NCBI RefSeq assembly: GCF_006345805.1
Contig: NC_043000.1
Span: 27,466,001 to 27,530,000 of the forward strand
Length of the DNA: 64,000 nt
DNA from: Octopus sinensis
Taxonomy: Eukaryota
Direction: 5' to 3'
The notes under the pieces were generated by a model. It was given only the letters and a program-made list of their open reading frames with translations, ran no database searches and was not told the origin of the DNA. The position numbers and the translations under genes are program-made. Below are positions 42,131 to 56,842 of this stretch, one piece after another. Position 1 is the first letter of the stretch; every line of letters begins with the position of its first letter.

Positions 42131-42292
42131 CGATGCCGGTTCCTTGTATTGCTGTTAACACCGTTGATAATAATGATCACCATAATGGCGATAATGATAA
42201 CGGTCTGGCCTGTATTACTGATTAATAAATACCACACACACACTCTCTCTATCTATCTATCTATCTCTATCTTTCTTTCTCTCTCCCTCTCT

Positions 42293-42324
<32 letters not shown>

Positions 42325-43312
42325 GTGTCACTCTGTCTCATTCTGCCTCCGTCTCTATATTGCTATTTGCGGTGAAGGCTTTGCTGCTGATGATGGCACT
42401 GTTATTCATTGTAGAGATACTGGCTGTGTAATTGGCAAAGATGATGATAATATTTAGAACTTATGGTGGTTATGCTGTTACCGTTGTGATTGCATTGTGA
42501 TGGCTGTGATACCTGTTACGAAGATGTGGAAGCGTCGGTGTTCGAAGCGGAGATGGCGGCAATGTTTTTAATGAAAGCTTGGTGATGATAGCTGTGGTCG
42601 CTTTAGGATTGTTGGTGGCAGTGTTTGTGTCGTATCTGTGTAGTTGGTTGGTGGCTGTGGTTACGAGCATGATGGAAATGGGGCAATGATTGTATGATGG
42701 TTATTGCGATTGTAGTATTGATAGTAATAAAGGGTGTATTGACAATGGTAATCATTGAAATGATGAGCCTGGCTGCACATGCAAAAGCTTGTGTGTTACG
42801 CTGATGAAACGGGAAAATGATGGGAAGAAATGAATAAATGGAGAGACGAAGGGAGGTGTAAGAGGGTTGTAAGAAATGAATTTAAAGAGGATGTTGAAGA
42901 ACTGACAGCGAGATAACTATATAAAATTATGTAGATACAACAGCCAGCATGAAGTGGTAGTGAATAATAGATGAATTGATGAACGATGGAAGGGGGGGAT
43001 ATGAAATGATAGAATGAGACAAAATAAGGAGGGGGAGTTGAGGAGAGAGATAGAGATATAGACGGAGCGAGAGACGTCCGAGAGATGAAAGGTAAAGAGA
43101 GAGAAAAGGGGAGAGGGAGAGATGAAGAAATAGAGATAGTGGTGGAGAGGGAGGCGAAAGTGTTCAAAGGTGTTTGCTCAAACGAAAAATCAATAAAAGT
43201 TGAGAAGACCGAGGAGGAAAATGGAATACATACTGGATGCAGACAGATATATGCAGGGAAACTTTGAGAGATATACAGACGAACAAATGCATTCGTATGT
43301 GTATGAGTGTGT

Positions 43313-43349
<37 letters not shown>

Positions 43350-43549
43350 TGTGTGTCTGCATGTGTAAATATGTATGAATATGTGTGAATCTCTCACTTT
43401 GCTTCTACTACCCCTTCCTTATATACATATATGTGTCTGTGTGTGTGTATGGAAAGGAAGAGAAAGGAGAAAAGCTAGGAGGAAGTACACATATATATAT
43501 AAATACATACATACACATATAAAATTAAATAGGATATATAGAGAGACAA

Positions 43550-44002
<453 letters not shown>

Positions 44003-44539
44003 AATCCAAAAATAATTAATAACATTAAAAATGTATTCATTAATGAAAGAATTAGAAACTGTAATATTTGATAAATTACGGATTTTCCCAAAGTGTAATT
44101 TGAATTTAATGATGAATAAGGAAGAAATTCATTTGTTGAAAATTTTCAAAAACACATCGTGTAGATTGAGGCATTTGTTTTCTCCTTTTTATGTTTTTAG
44201 CCATTTTTAATCTCTCACAAAATATTTTCAATCTCATTCATTACATTATCTATTTCAGTATTTCAGCGTCAACATTTATCTCGTTCATCTGTCGTCTGGT
44301 TTTACATCACCACCTGATCTCTTTTTCATGATAGCTTTGATTCACCTCCGTTGAAATTTTCTGTCTGGGCTAGATTCCACGTTGATTTACAGAGCCTGGA
44401 AAAAGGGTGATTACTGCTACTTTTCCTCTTCAGGTTAAGATAATAAACGTATTTCACTAAAATGTGAAGTAAATATTAAAGGATTCAAAATTGGTTTAAT
44501 TGATTCTACAAACAGATATAACATAGAGTCAATTCAATA

Positions 44540-44874
44540 AAAAAAAAGGAGCACTCTGCAGGTTACGACAACGAAGGTTCCAGTTGATCCGATGAACGGA
44601 ACATCCTGCTCGTGAAATTAACGTGCAAATGGCTGAACACTCCACAGACACGTGTACCCTTAACGTAGTTCTCAGGGAGATTCAGCGTGACACAGCGTGT
44701 AACAGGGCTGGCCCTTTGAAATCCAGGTACTACTCTTTTTTGCCAGCTGAATGGACTGGAGCAACGTGAAATAAAGTGTCTTGTTCAAGGACACAAATCG
44801 TCGCCGGAAATTGAACTCATGACTTTACGATTGTGATCCGAATGCCCATAACCACTAAGCCACGCGCTTTCACT
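44540..44874 (-). mobile_element. tRNA-headed CORE-like SINE sharing its 3' tail with family C, 12-bp TSD
   Basis: gtcaattcaata at 44528-44539 and 44875-44886; CORE-like 'tgtgtccttgaacaagacactttatttcacgttgctccagtcca' on -; tail homologous to 55750-55910. Confidence 0.85.
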
Positions 44875-45121
44875 GTCAATTCAATACATTAACAGATTCA
44901 AGTACACAACATCTGTTTTAGCTATTCTGTCTTTCACTTGTTTCAGTCGCTAGGCTGCGGCCTTGTTGGGGGAACAAATGAAACTCAGTTCATGCTTCTT
45001 TTCAAGCTTGGTACAATTTCTATCAACTTCTTATGCCAAACCACTAGTTTACGGAGACGTAATCAGACAAGCACCGGCTGGCAAGTGCTATGGGAGATAT
45101 GCAGAGAAAATGATACACAGA

Positions 45122-45196
<75 letters not shown>

Positions 45197-45220
45197 GTAT
45201 AAAAGATCGTGGGTAAGGCC

Positions 45221-45900
45221 AAAAACCAAAGCGTAAAAATAAGTTAGACAAATGAAAATATACGAAATAAAAAACGACTACCTATGTACTAATTAGTTTC
45301 ACTTGTTAATATTTATGTATATGAATACATAAACATCTGCAAGATCATCAGCATAGTCTCTCTTTTACGAAACACAATTTGTAGAACTGGATACAGGGCG
45401 CTCGACCGAAATCCAGCATTGTATAAAGTTCCACAAATTATATTCATGTGTATCTTTCAAATGTCTTCACTTTGGCGCGCTGAGATCGGAAATTACTCTG
45501 CAGTTAATAAACTACAGCAGTCAATTTACCGGTCAGAGAACATTTTTATATTTAAAATTAAATAAGTGTAGAAATTGATATTAATCACTTAAAACCAGTG
45601 GACTAGCATATTTTTAAAAAAATCCGATGATTAAAAATTTTTTACATACAAGATTTAGAAGATTGACACTAAAAGTGGGCAGCCTGTATGCTTGATATAG
45701 ACGTCAAAATCGCCGTTTTCCACGGAGAATGTGTTCTCAAGAAAAAATTCAGCAAAAAAACAAAGCGTAAAAATAAGTAAGACAAATGAAAATATACGAA
45801 ATAAAAAGCAATTACCTATGTACTAATTAGTTTCACTTGTTAATAATTTACGTATATGAATACAAACTATGCTGATGATCTTGCAGATTTTTATATTTAT
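45221..45900. repeat. ~108-bp direct repeats flanking ~430 bp, with a local inversion
   Basis: 45221-45328 ~ 45754-45863; 45866-45888 is the exact reverse complement of 45335-45357. Confidence 0.85.
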
Positions 45901-46519
45901 TTCTCATTCTTTTTCCCATTTTTGCACTGTAATTCTAACGCTATTATATTTTCTGATCACAAATACAAACAAGTGATAAATATATCTTAGGTTCTCCTTC
46001 GATGAGTGAGCATAGGTGACCTTGGGCTTAATTACAACTTAAACGGTTGCTCTCTTGAGAGTCATAGGTATTCTATGCGTTAGGAACTCCAAGCGTTGCC
46101 GTTACATTATCGAAACAAATTATATTTATTGAAGTTAATATATCTATCTGAAAATCAGATCCATTTGTGTATTTGGCATATACACCATCCAATATTAAAA
46201 GAAATGAATTATAATTATTTCATACAGCCGCAAAACTAAATGACAGGTATTAAAACATTGTCACATCACAGTTAACCTGCAACAATATTTATTGTTGGTT
46301 GGTTAGTTGGTCACGCAAACATTGTCAAACTATCTTACAATTAATTACTATGCTATATCAGCGATAAATTGTTAGTTAAACAAGATCATTATCAATGATG
46401 ACCTGTATTTATTGTAAATGTGCACAAGTGCAATTTGTTTTATTTAATTATCATATTTTAATAAATAGTTTTAATTTGAAAATTTATATTCTCATTTTCA
46501 TTTTGATATTTAAAACAAA

Positions 46520-46730
46520 TAAGGCGACGCGTTAGCAGAGTCTTTAACATGCCGGGAAAAATGCTTCGAGGCATTTCTTCCAACTTAACGATCCGAATTC
46601 AAATGCTGCTGGGGTCGATATTGGAGTTCATCCTTTGGAATCGGTAAAATAAATACCAACAGAGCAGTGTGATCGATAATGTCGACTTCTTCCTTCTTCT
46701 AAAATTGCTGGCCTTGTACGAAAATTTGAA
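46520..46730 (+). mobile_element. Old SINE family B copy
   Basis: 'aaggcgacgcgttagcagagtc...gccgggaaaaatgctt...gaattcaaat...ggggtcgat', a diverged match. Confidence 0.6.
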
Positions 46731-47192
46731 ATCATCATTTAGCATAATTTTCCGAGTTTATTTTGACTCAGTAAGCTTTCCGCTATATCAGTGAATGTAT
46801 TATGCACTGTTTAACTATATATCGAAGTTGACAGATTGTGTCTAGGTACGAGACTACAGGGTATACACCACGAACGTCGAAACGCATCTGGCTTTCCCGA
46901 GAGTCACTGTTGGGTTGATGATTGTCTTTCTTCGATACATGTGTGAACAAAGTTCCTTACGAATAAATATATATATATATATATGTAATAGAAATGCCAT
47001 ATATAAAATCATAAGCCGCAATCATGTCAGCCACTGGTGTATATCCGTCAAGAATTCATACGCAGATGACGTTTAAAAACCCAAAGTATTCTAATTCTAT
47101 ACTCTAGTTGATATAAAACATAGTTTCAAATGAATATACCAGCCATTACTCATCAGCATGAGGAAACACAGTAGTATACACACTGAAACACA

Positions 47193-47233
<41 letters not shown>

Positions 47234-47308
47234 CACACACACACACATGAGGAATGCGTTTATAAAAGTGCATATTTATAATATATATAAATACTCTCTC
47301 TTTCTCTG

Positions 47309-47357
<49 letters not shown>

Positions 47358-47389
47358 ACATATATATATATACATATATATATATTTAT

Positions 47390-48170
47390 TCTCTTATTTT
47401 TTCAGTCATTTGACTGCAACCATGCTGGAGCATCGCCCTAACGGGTTTTGGAGAAGCAAATCGACCCCAGAATTCATTTTTTGTAAGCCTACTACTTATT
47501 CTATTTGTCTGTTTTTGCCGAACCGCTAAGATGCGGGGGCATAAACTCACCAACATCGGTTATCAAACAATAGCGGTGTGACAAACAGAGACACACACAC
47601 ACGCACAAACATATATATGTAAGATATTACTGTGGTCAAGGCTGCGTGGCGTTCTATTATATATACACATTGTGTACAGGAAAGCCACAACGAGTGAGAA
47701 ATACGTAAACACACGAGAGAAAGTACAGGAGAAGATGCCAAAAGAAGATAGATCCTCATCAGTTGTCGGACTGTTTATTACTCCTATTTGGTGCATTTAA
47801 CGACAAAATAGGAAAACTACATAAGGCAGCAGCATCCAGAAACATATAAAATATAAAATTCATGCAGAATTAGGGCTATTTTCTTTTATTCTTTTATTTG
47901 CTTAAGTCATTTGACTGCAGCCATGCTGGTGCATCGCCTTGGTTACGGGGACGCAAACACACCAACATCAGTTGGCATGTAATGGTGGTGGGAAAAACTC
48001 TGACACACACACACACGTATATATATATATATATATATATACGACGGGCTTCTTACAGTTTCCAGCTACCAAATTAATTCACAAGGTTTTGGTCGGCCTG
48101 AGGCTATAGTAGAAGACAGACAGTCACCCACGGTGCCATGCAGTGAAACTGAACCCAGAACCACATATGT
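47390..48170 (-). mobile_element. Nested SINE family A pieces with an intervening TA-associated repeat (47620-47870)
   Basis: 3' halves at 47390-47600 and 47880-48000, 5' half at 48040-48170; the intervening repeat carries only 'caaCTGATGAGG' on -. Confidence 0.7.
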
Positions 48171-48252
48171 ACATGTGTGTGTGAGTATCTGTGTATGTGC
48201 GTGAGTGTGTGTATATGGAGTGGGCGTGTATATCTACATATATATATGTGTG

Positions 48253-48289
<37 letters not shown>

Positions 48290-48315
48290 AAGGGTGAAAA
48301 GGAACACACGAGTTG

Positions 48316-49706
48316 ATATATATGAAAAAACAAGTAAAAAATAGAAAATGCTAAAATAATTTATAGTGAACATTTCAGGGGAGAATCAGGAGTGCCCTGA
48401 TGGTCGTATTTGAATGGTCAGTGGCGGCTGGCCAGTCTCAGTTCAATTCAGGAGAATATTTATATTGATGCTTCTTTTATGAATTAGCGTAGGTGTTATA
48501 CTAAAAAACATTAGTGACAACTTAAGGGGTAGGGGGTGGAGAAGAAGAAGAAGAAGAAGAAGAAGAAGAAGAGAGGAGAAGGAGAAGGAGAAGGAGAAGA
48601 TGACGATGATGGTTGATGGTGGTGATGATTATGACGACGATGATGATGATAACGATGATGATGAAGAAGAAGAAGAAGAAGAAGAAGGAGGAGAAGGAGA
48701 AGATGGTGGTGATGATGGTGGCGATGATGATGATGCCGATGATGATGATAACATGATGATGAAGAAGAAGGAGGAAGAAGAAGAAGAAGAAGAAAAAAAA
48801 CAGAGAAGGGAGAATATGAATGTAAATATAGCTATGAAGGGGCTGATTAGTAATGGATTCTATTGAGTGTAGTATTTGTGTGTGTATATATATTTTTTTC
48901 TTTTATTCTAAAGTTGAGGTATATTAATTGTTTGTCGTAGGACCCGTTAAGAAGTGGCTTGTATTTTGTAATAAGAGATTTCTTACTTATTCGTTGTCTC
49001 GAAGTTGTATCGTCCCTAAATTGGTAGAGGGGGAAAATTCTGAAGTTTGGTGTTTTTTTGTTGGCGCAAGTATCTATGTGTTGGCTAAAAGCTATTTTTC
49101 TGTTTTGGGGAATACCTCAACTTTAGAATAAAAGAAAAAAAAATATATATACACACACAAATACTACACTCAATAGAATCCATTACTAATCAGCCCTTCA
49201 TAGCTATATTACATTCATATTCTCCCTTCTCTGTTTTTTTCTTCTTTTCTTCTTCCTCTTCTTCTTCATCATCATCGTTATCATCATCATCGGCATCATC
49301 ATCATCGCCACCATCATCACCACCATCTTCTCCTTCTCCTATCCTTCTTCTTCTTCTTCTTCTCATCATATCGTTATCATCATCATCGTCGTCATAATCA
49401 TCACCACCATCACCATCATCGTCATCTTCTCCTTCTCCTTCTCCTTCTCCTTCTTCCTTCTTCTTCTTCTTTTCTTCTTCTTCTTCTTCTCCACCCCCTA
49501 CCCCTTAAGTTTGTCACTAATGTTTTTTAGTATAACACCTACGCTAATTCTATAAGAAGCCTATCAATATAAATATTCTCCTGAATGAACTGGACGCCAG
49601 CCGCCACTGACCATTCAAAATACGACCATCAGGGCACTCCCAGATTCTCCCCTGAAATGTTCACTATAAAATTATTTTAGCATTTTCTATTTTTTACTTG
49701 TTTTTT

Positions 49707-49715
<9 letters not shown>
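48316..49715. repeat. Large inverted repeat (~600-bp arms, 189-bp spacer)
   Basis: 48316-48922 ~ reverse complement of 49112-49715; differences are mostly small indels; arms contain (GAA)n/(GAT)n. Confidence 0.92.
48946..49110 (-). pseudogene. PLE GIY-YIG endonuclease C-terminal fragment (second type) in the IR spacer
   Basis: AFSQHIDTCANKKTPNFRIFPLYQFRDDTTSRQRISKKSLITKYKPLLN, matching the HIxxC...FxIxP(F/L)Y...R...IxxxKPxLN pattern. Confidence 0.7.
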
Positions 49716-49737
<22 letters not shown>

Positions 49738-50159
49738 ATACATACACACACATACATATGTAATCATACACGTACACAAACACTCCCACACACGCGTAAT
49801 CCCTATTTCCTTGTATCTGTTTTCTCTTTTTGGTAAAAGTCTAAGTGCATCAACTCAACCCCGTCGTAGGATGCATTGATACATAGAACCAACGAAGTAA
49901 AAAAAATATATTTCTTCACTGAAACACTAATGCTTTCCTTGTTGTATCCTATATATCGATATGACAGATTGATATCTAGAAAGATTGTTATCGCTTACGG
50001 TTATAAGGTTACACGTATGTGTGGAATCAATTGCATATGTATACATATATGTATGTGTATGTATGTAAGTATATATGTACATATATATATATATGTGTGT
50101 TTGTGTGCGTGAAAGAGTTTGTGTGTCTATGTGTGTATGTGTATATATATATATATACA

Positions 50160-50198
<39 letters not shown>

Positions 50199-50239
50199 GT
50201 GTGCCCTATACATACATGCATACGTACATACATATATAC

Positions 50240-50271
<32 letters not shown>

Positions 50272-53200
50272 ATTTATATATATACATGTATATATATATA
50301 CATATACATGCATATATATACATATATATATGTACATATATATACACACATATATATGTATGTATATAAATTTCTTTATATATATATGTGCGTGTGTGTG
50401 TGTGCTCTTTGTGTATACATTTGTGCGTGTATGTGCGTGTATGTGCTATATATATGTATGCGTGTATGTATATAGGAGTGTATGTGTATGTAGCAATGTG
50501 TATAATACAAATAAAGTCATTTATAATCACTCAACTTTCGGTATTAATATTCACGGAATGAGAGAAGGATGATATACAAAGCATGATTGTAAACCCAGTA
50601 ACCTGACAGATAATAACATACGTGCTCAATTATCGTCATCTTTATTCTTTTCCTTCTTAAAGAAATACAACAATACCTCAAACAATCTCTTATAAGAGCA
50701 TTCATTTCAAATCTTACATACACGCTGTCTGTCGGAATAACCTCATGTATTTTACATATTGTAATCTCTAACCCGTTAGTGTCATGCATATTTCCTCTTA
50801 TTATCAAACAAAGTAAGCACATTTGTTTACAAAATGTATTCATTCGCATTAGCTTCTGCATATAAAAGTGTATTTATTCCGACATTAAGAAAATCTCTTT
50901 TGCTCGTCGGATAACTTCATGGATTTTTACGAGAAACTGTCGTAGCGAGCATTATCAATTTGCACTGACGTATTCAAAAAGGTCCTTTGATATGTAACAT
51001 GTGCAATTCTCAATTTCCGTATCTTGAGAAACTCTGCTTTAACAGAATATTAAAAAGTTTACGCTCGTATCAATAGTTCAACCTTTGGCTTCTAGTTCAA
51101 CAAAAATGACGCTCACGCGTATAAGTAGCGATTATTCCTTTTAATCGATTCTGTTACATTTTTAAATAATAGAAATGATAAATACTAATAAGAAAAAGAT
51201 AAATAGGTGATACTTCTAGTGAAATTGCTCTCCGTATAAACCTAATCACCTGCTGTGATTATATTTAAGGCAAAAAGGAACATTCTGGTATTCTATGATA
51301 AAATCACCAATTATTGTACGGAGGAATCATTTTAATCATTTAGCATAAAAACCTATTAAATTCACTTTTAATTTATTTTGTGACATATCGACATTTTTGT
51401 CGCATAATTCCGCCTAGGCACTGACACAGTTCTAATGCAACTGTTTGAATGTTTGCTACTAGTCAGTTCTTTTAGACCCCTGTTGTATTTTCTTTTCATT
51501 TTTTTCTGTTTCTTCTTCAACTTAAACCCATATGCTTTTGTTGTGTTCATGTATACACACTTTGCCCTCATGGACATCGGTCAGTCATCATTTGTCACTT
51601 TCAGTTTCAATATTATATACTGCGCATATCATTGACATAATTCCAAGTTTCTTTTTTTTTATTCTGTCTTCTTTTAACGTTAGTTTTCTGTTCGCTGTTT
51701 ATAAATATAGTGATTCCTGGCGGTCATCTAAACGGCTCGATTTTGAATCCAAGGAGGAGAAATTAATTTTAGGCGCAGGCATATCTCTGTGGTTAAGTGG
51801 CTCGCTTTGAAATCATGCGATATCAATTTCAGTCCCTTTACGCAGTATCTTAGCCAAGTCTCTTCTATAATAGCTGCAGCGGGACCAATGCCTTATGCGT
51901 GAGTTTGGTTGAAAGTAAGTTCAGGATTATTGATGATGACTCGCAAATGACTCCACGAATTTATACCCATTAACAGAAAGTAAAAGCAAAACAAAGACGG
52001 AAACCTGCAAGAACTGATCATTGATAACGATTTAATGAGAAGCTGTTGCTCGACGAAAGTATTTGGGATTTATATAATAAATTGAGCATTAATTTAACAC
52101 CATCTTTCTCAACCTGGCGGCCATGTAAGATTTCGGTGTTAAAATTTATGTGGAATATATTAATCACACTTCTACAATACACGACGTATTTTAACAACTT
52201 TTTATATAATTCCTAATGGTATTTAATTATAAAAATATAAGCTCTTTTCAACATCAAATGGCAATGAGTAGTAATATAGGGATCCAAGGGTTCCATAACC
52301 AAATAATTGCTGACACCCAAAAGCTGTTGAATTTTAAGAGCGTTTGGGTAAAATTAAACGGCTAGACTGGGACTTACACGATGCTTTTCTTCCAGTTACA
52401 GTGCTCGATTTCAATCTAAGACATTTAATAAAAGTATACTATTTCAAAATGTTGAAAACTTTCTTACAAAAACAATACTTCTCAGGTTTCTTTTGATTTT
52501 CTTTTAACATCTAAGACAAATTAGATTAGTTTTACATTATTTACGTGGTGGTCCTAGCAAGAAACGAAATGGTATTATCAATGTTACACAACGTATTATA
52601 TTAAATATACCTAACAGTCTAAATAAACAGACTGAAAATTATATTTTGATTTAAGTGTTTTGAAATATCAAATGTGAGGTATTATTTTCAAGGAAATATA
52701 ATAAAATACGTGTCATTACTAAAGATGTTGCAGTATATTTATACGAAATCTAATTGAGTGAAGAAGATGTTGTGAATAGAGTCTGATGGTTCTGACGAGA
52801 ATGCTAACCTGATTTGGTTATGGTTGATTTTTATGTAAGTAAAATTCGGTAAAACTATGGCGACACGTTATTCGAAGGGAATTCTAAAATGCTGTTCGAT
52901 AGCTATTCAAGTACATTTCTCTAGGTAAAGATTTGCAAGAATATATCATAAAAAATCCCCAGACTGAAAATATTAATATCTTATATATATGTATTAATTA
53001 TTTAAGAATCTTGAAGTTGATCCCGTGTCACTTCTGATGTAATGAAAGACAAATATGGGAAAATCATTGTGCATGGTTATTAATGCTACATCTAGAGTGT
53101 ATAAGGACTTTTGTTTTATATTTGGAGTTCAAACGTATGCCATTTTAAGTTTCAAATATTTTAAATATCATTCTTGATTTACATCTATTTTTTTAAAAGT

Positions 53201-54728
53201 ATAGCGCTCGTCATTACTCAATACTCCCTAGCATCCCACATGTAATATTATTCCAAAATATCATACTTGGTGTTGTAAAAAATGTATATTGACCACTCAA
53301 ATCGTTAATGATATACAAAACTGGGCGAGATCTCATGCATGCGACTTCTACATTATTCTCTCCGAACTAATTAAGTGAGATCCAAAATCTATTTAAAATT
53401 CATTGTTATTGAAAAGTCTCTGTCAATGACAGATATATTGACACCAAAAATGTAAAACTATAAAAATGTTTGCATCATTTTACAGCTTCAGAAAATATTT
53501 AAGTCATTCTTAATCCCTTATAAATAAGCAGCTTACGACCGTGAATTTCATTCTGTTACGAAACTCAAGACCTTTGAAATTACGGAAGTTTTAAGTCAAT
53601 CTGATTTAAATAAATTCTGCATCCGTCTGGTTTGTTTTCGCTAATCCAATCCTAATTTCCATAAAGTTTATGTTCCTGTCTAAAACTTAATAAATGCTGA
53701 AAGTGAAACATTATATAGCATATAAAATATTGTTCCTCTAAGATACAGGATCTGACATATGTATTTAGTACTCATGTCAGGGTTAATCAACTAATAATAA
53801 AGCATTCTCAGTAAAAAAAAAAGAACTGCATGGCTGTTTCATAGGCTTATGGATTGTCCTGTATTTGATGTAATTGTTTCATTCATTGGGCATAATCCCT
53901 CATATTACATATTATTTATTTAATTAGAGTTTTCACTAAATAAACTTAAAATAACACTAAAATGATAAGCAAATATTTTATGTCATAAATGGAAGCGTTG
54001 GGGACTAGAAATTTCAAATCGTGAGACAATAACCTCTCGCGATATATTTACCTTTATTTTCTTTTATATTCTTCTCGCCCCCTTGAATCATCTATAACAA
54101 AAGTGGGTTAGATGTAAATCAAATCATTTACGTTTTTTATGGCTGAAACCAGTAGACTGTAACTTTGCCGAAGTATCGCTAATAAAAGGTAATTGTACAG
54201 CCAGACGTGAACTCGTAATTTTCTGATCGCACTTCAACTAAGAAGGGATGTACGTAAGCTGAACATTTATGGTGCAATAATACATTCCGAAAACAATAAT
54301 AGCACATTTGCAAAAATTCTCCAAAATCCTAATTCTATTATGTTTCGGTTGTTTTCCTCCAATGTAGACAGAAAGACGCATTTCAAAATTTTATTCATAT
54401 TGAATTTATATTTAATTACAATATACTATTTACGTCCGAAGCATAAGAGAGAACGGTGCAGATTTACATCGTTATCATGTAAAGTTTTTTTTTTTATTTT
54501 TTATTCGACAAGTTTCTACACCAGAATCGTAATGCTGTTAATGCAAAATTTTCTCGGCAGAAAAAAAAACGGATTCAGAGAATAATTCAAAAGCACTGGT
54601 AAGAAAATGCAGGATTCAGAGAACAAAGAAAGTTTTACAAAGACCATTATGAAAAAGGCGCCAAAACACGGTAACTTAACAGAGAATGAGACTGGTTGGC
54701 CTGTTCTACCGTACATGGTCATCAATAG

Positions 54729-54966
54729 ACTCTTTTACTCTTTTACTTGTTTCAGTCATTTGACTGCGGCTATGCTGAAGCACCACCTTTAGTCGAGCAA
54801 ATCGACTCTAGGACTTATTATTTGTAAGCCTAGTACTTATTCTATCAGTTTCTTCTGCCGAACCGCTAAGTTACGGGTACATAAACGCACCAGCATCGGT
54901 TCTCTAGCGATGTTGGGGGTACAAACACAGGCACACAAACACACACACACAAACATACACACACAA

Positions 54967-55007
<41 letters not shown>

Positions 55008-55170
55008 CATATACGTATATAAGACGGGCTTTGAGTTTCCATCTACCAAATCCACTCACAAGGCTTTGGTCGGCCCGAGGCTATAGTAGAATACACTTGC
55101 CCAAGTGGGAGTGAACCGGGAACCATGTGGTTGGTAAGCAAGCTACTTACCACACAGACACTCCTGCGCC
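54729..55170 (-). mobile_element. SINE family A, full copy
   Basis: Both halves present on the minus strand. Confidence 0.9.
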
Positions 55171-55529
55171 CACGACACAGACACTCCTGTGCCTATGAAA
55201 ACAAAAGATATAAATATACAAATATTAAAACAAACGACACATATCATCAAGAAAAAGAGGAAGGTGGGTAAGAATACAAGTGCCAGGCATTTCAGGAGAA
55301 TCTAAAGAGTGTAGACAGACATCATGGAATTCCAGAACATGCAAAAAATATGCGAAATAGATGGTAGTACTGAGGAGTTTATCAAAAAATGGATGGCGGG
55401 TAACTGATAACCTTTCCTGAATGCTCTCTTTAGAATGAGTTACGTCAAGATCACTCTATTGCAAGGGCACGTGTTTAATTAAGAGACAGATTAGAACTAC
55501 CACCAAGGGCTAATTAAACCTTTCCAAAG

Positions 55530-55914
55530 TGGGGCCGCAATGGCCCAGTGGTTACGGCAGCGGACTCGCGGTCATAGGATCGTGGTTTCGATTCCCAGAC
55601 CGGGCGTTGTGAGTGCTTATTGAGCGAAAACACCTAAAAGCTCCACGAGGCTCCGGCAGAGGATGGTGGTGATCCCTGCTGTACTCTTTCACCACAACTT
55701 TCTCTCACTCTTACTTCCTGTTTCTGTTGTACCTGTATTTCAAGGGGCCAGCCTTGTCACTCTCTGTGTCACGCTGAATATCCCCGAGAACTACGTTAAG
55801 GGTGCGCGTGTCTGTGGAGTGCTCAGCCACTTACACGTTAATTTCACGAGCAGGCTGTTCCGTTGATTCGGATCAACCGGAACCCTCATCGGCGTAACCG
55901 ACGGAGTGCTTCCA
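55530..55914 (+). mobile_element. SINE family C, full length, 14-bp TSD
   Basis: aaacctttccaaag at 55516-55529 and 55915-55928; tRNA-like head 'ggggccgcaatggcccagtggtta...ggtttcgattccc'. Confidence 0.92.
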
Positions 55915-56539
55915 AAACCTTTCCAAAGCGCTTGCTTGTATTTTTTGTCTACACGATGTAACAGACAACTCTTGGGTATTCTATGAAAATCGAAGAAGAC
56001 ACTTTCTTTGAAGTGCTCAACAGTATATTCCGGTTCTTACCTTCGCTATTATGAAACGAACTCCTTGCAACACGTTCATACCTGAGTTCCCCTGTTAGAT
56101 TTTGTATCAGTGATAATCTAGAACATTTTTTCAAATACTTTTTAAGATATATTTCAAAGTTGAAAATATCTTGAGACAAATTGTGTATCAACGATAATTA
56201 ATGATATTGTTAACGAGTTATGACGAGTTGGGGAAACAGATGATATTTGAGACTAAAAGTTTGTAAAAAAAATATTCCGTTTTGTTTGTTGAGTTCAACT
56301 TAAAATTTTCTTGTCATTGATGGACTTGTAATTGCTTTATTAAGTGTACGCGAGGTACTTGACGCTAAATTTATATAAACCATTAATTCCTTCTTTGGCA
56401 TATTTTGCCTAATTCACTCTAAATTAAAAACTATAAGAAGTGAATAAGATATGAAGAGAAAGAAATCGGTATATTGATTTGTAAACGACAGCATGTTTCG
56501 TATATATATATAGTTGAGATTTATAGAAAAAGAAGAGAC

Positions 56540-56660
56540 AAGGATAGGTGTATGAACAACAAGCAAGTGTATTAGTTTGACGCTCGAGAAAATGAAAAAA
56601 ACTTTTACGTTTTGAGACTAAGCTCTTCAACAGAAAGGAATAAGAGAAAATAAACTGAGA
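56540..56660 (-). mobile_element. PLE-derived repeat with decayed hammerhead-like motif
   Basis: Minus strand 'cctttctgttgaagagcttagtctcaaaacgtaaaag'. Confidence 0.55.
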
Positions 56661-56725
56661 GAATGAAAAAGAATGAATAAATGAAAATTATGCATATGAA
56701 GGAAAACATATGGATATACATCATA

Positions 56726-56804
<79 letters not shown>

Positions 56805-56842
56805 CACACACACACATATATATATACATATATATATATATT

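Noticed and set aside
45866-45888. YADDL codons (RT motif) inside the micro-inversion
   Set aside because: No flanking RT motifs in frame in either copy; a short chance match.
55530-55610. tRNA-like sequences (also 16150-16219, 28130-28204 and the SINE A/B heads)
   Set aside because: They have A/B-box-like motifs but no complete cloverleaf or acceptor stem, and they continue into SINE bodies with TSDs.
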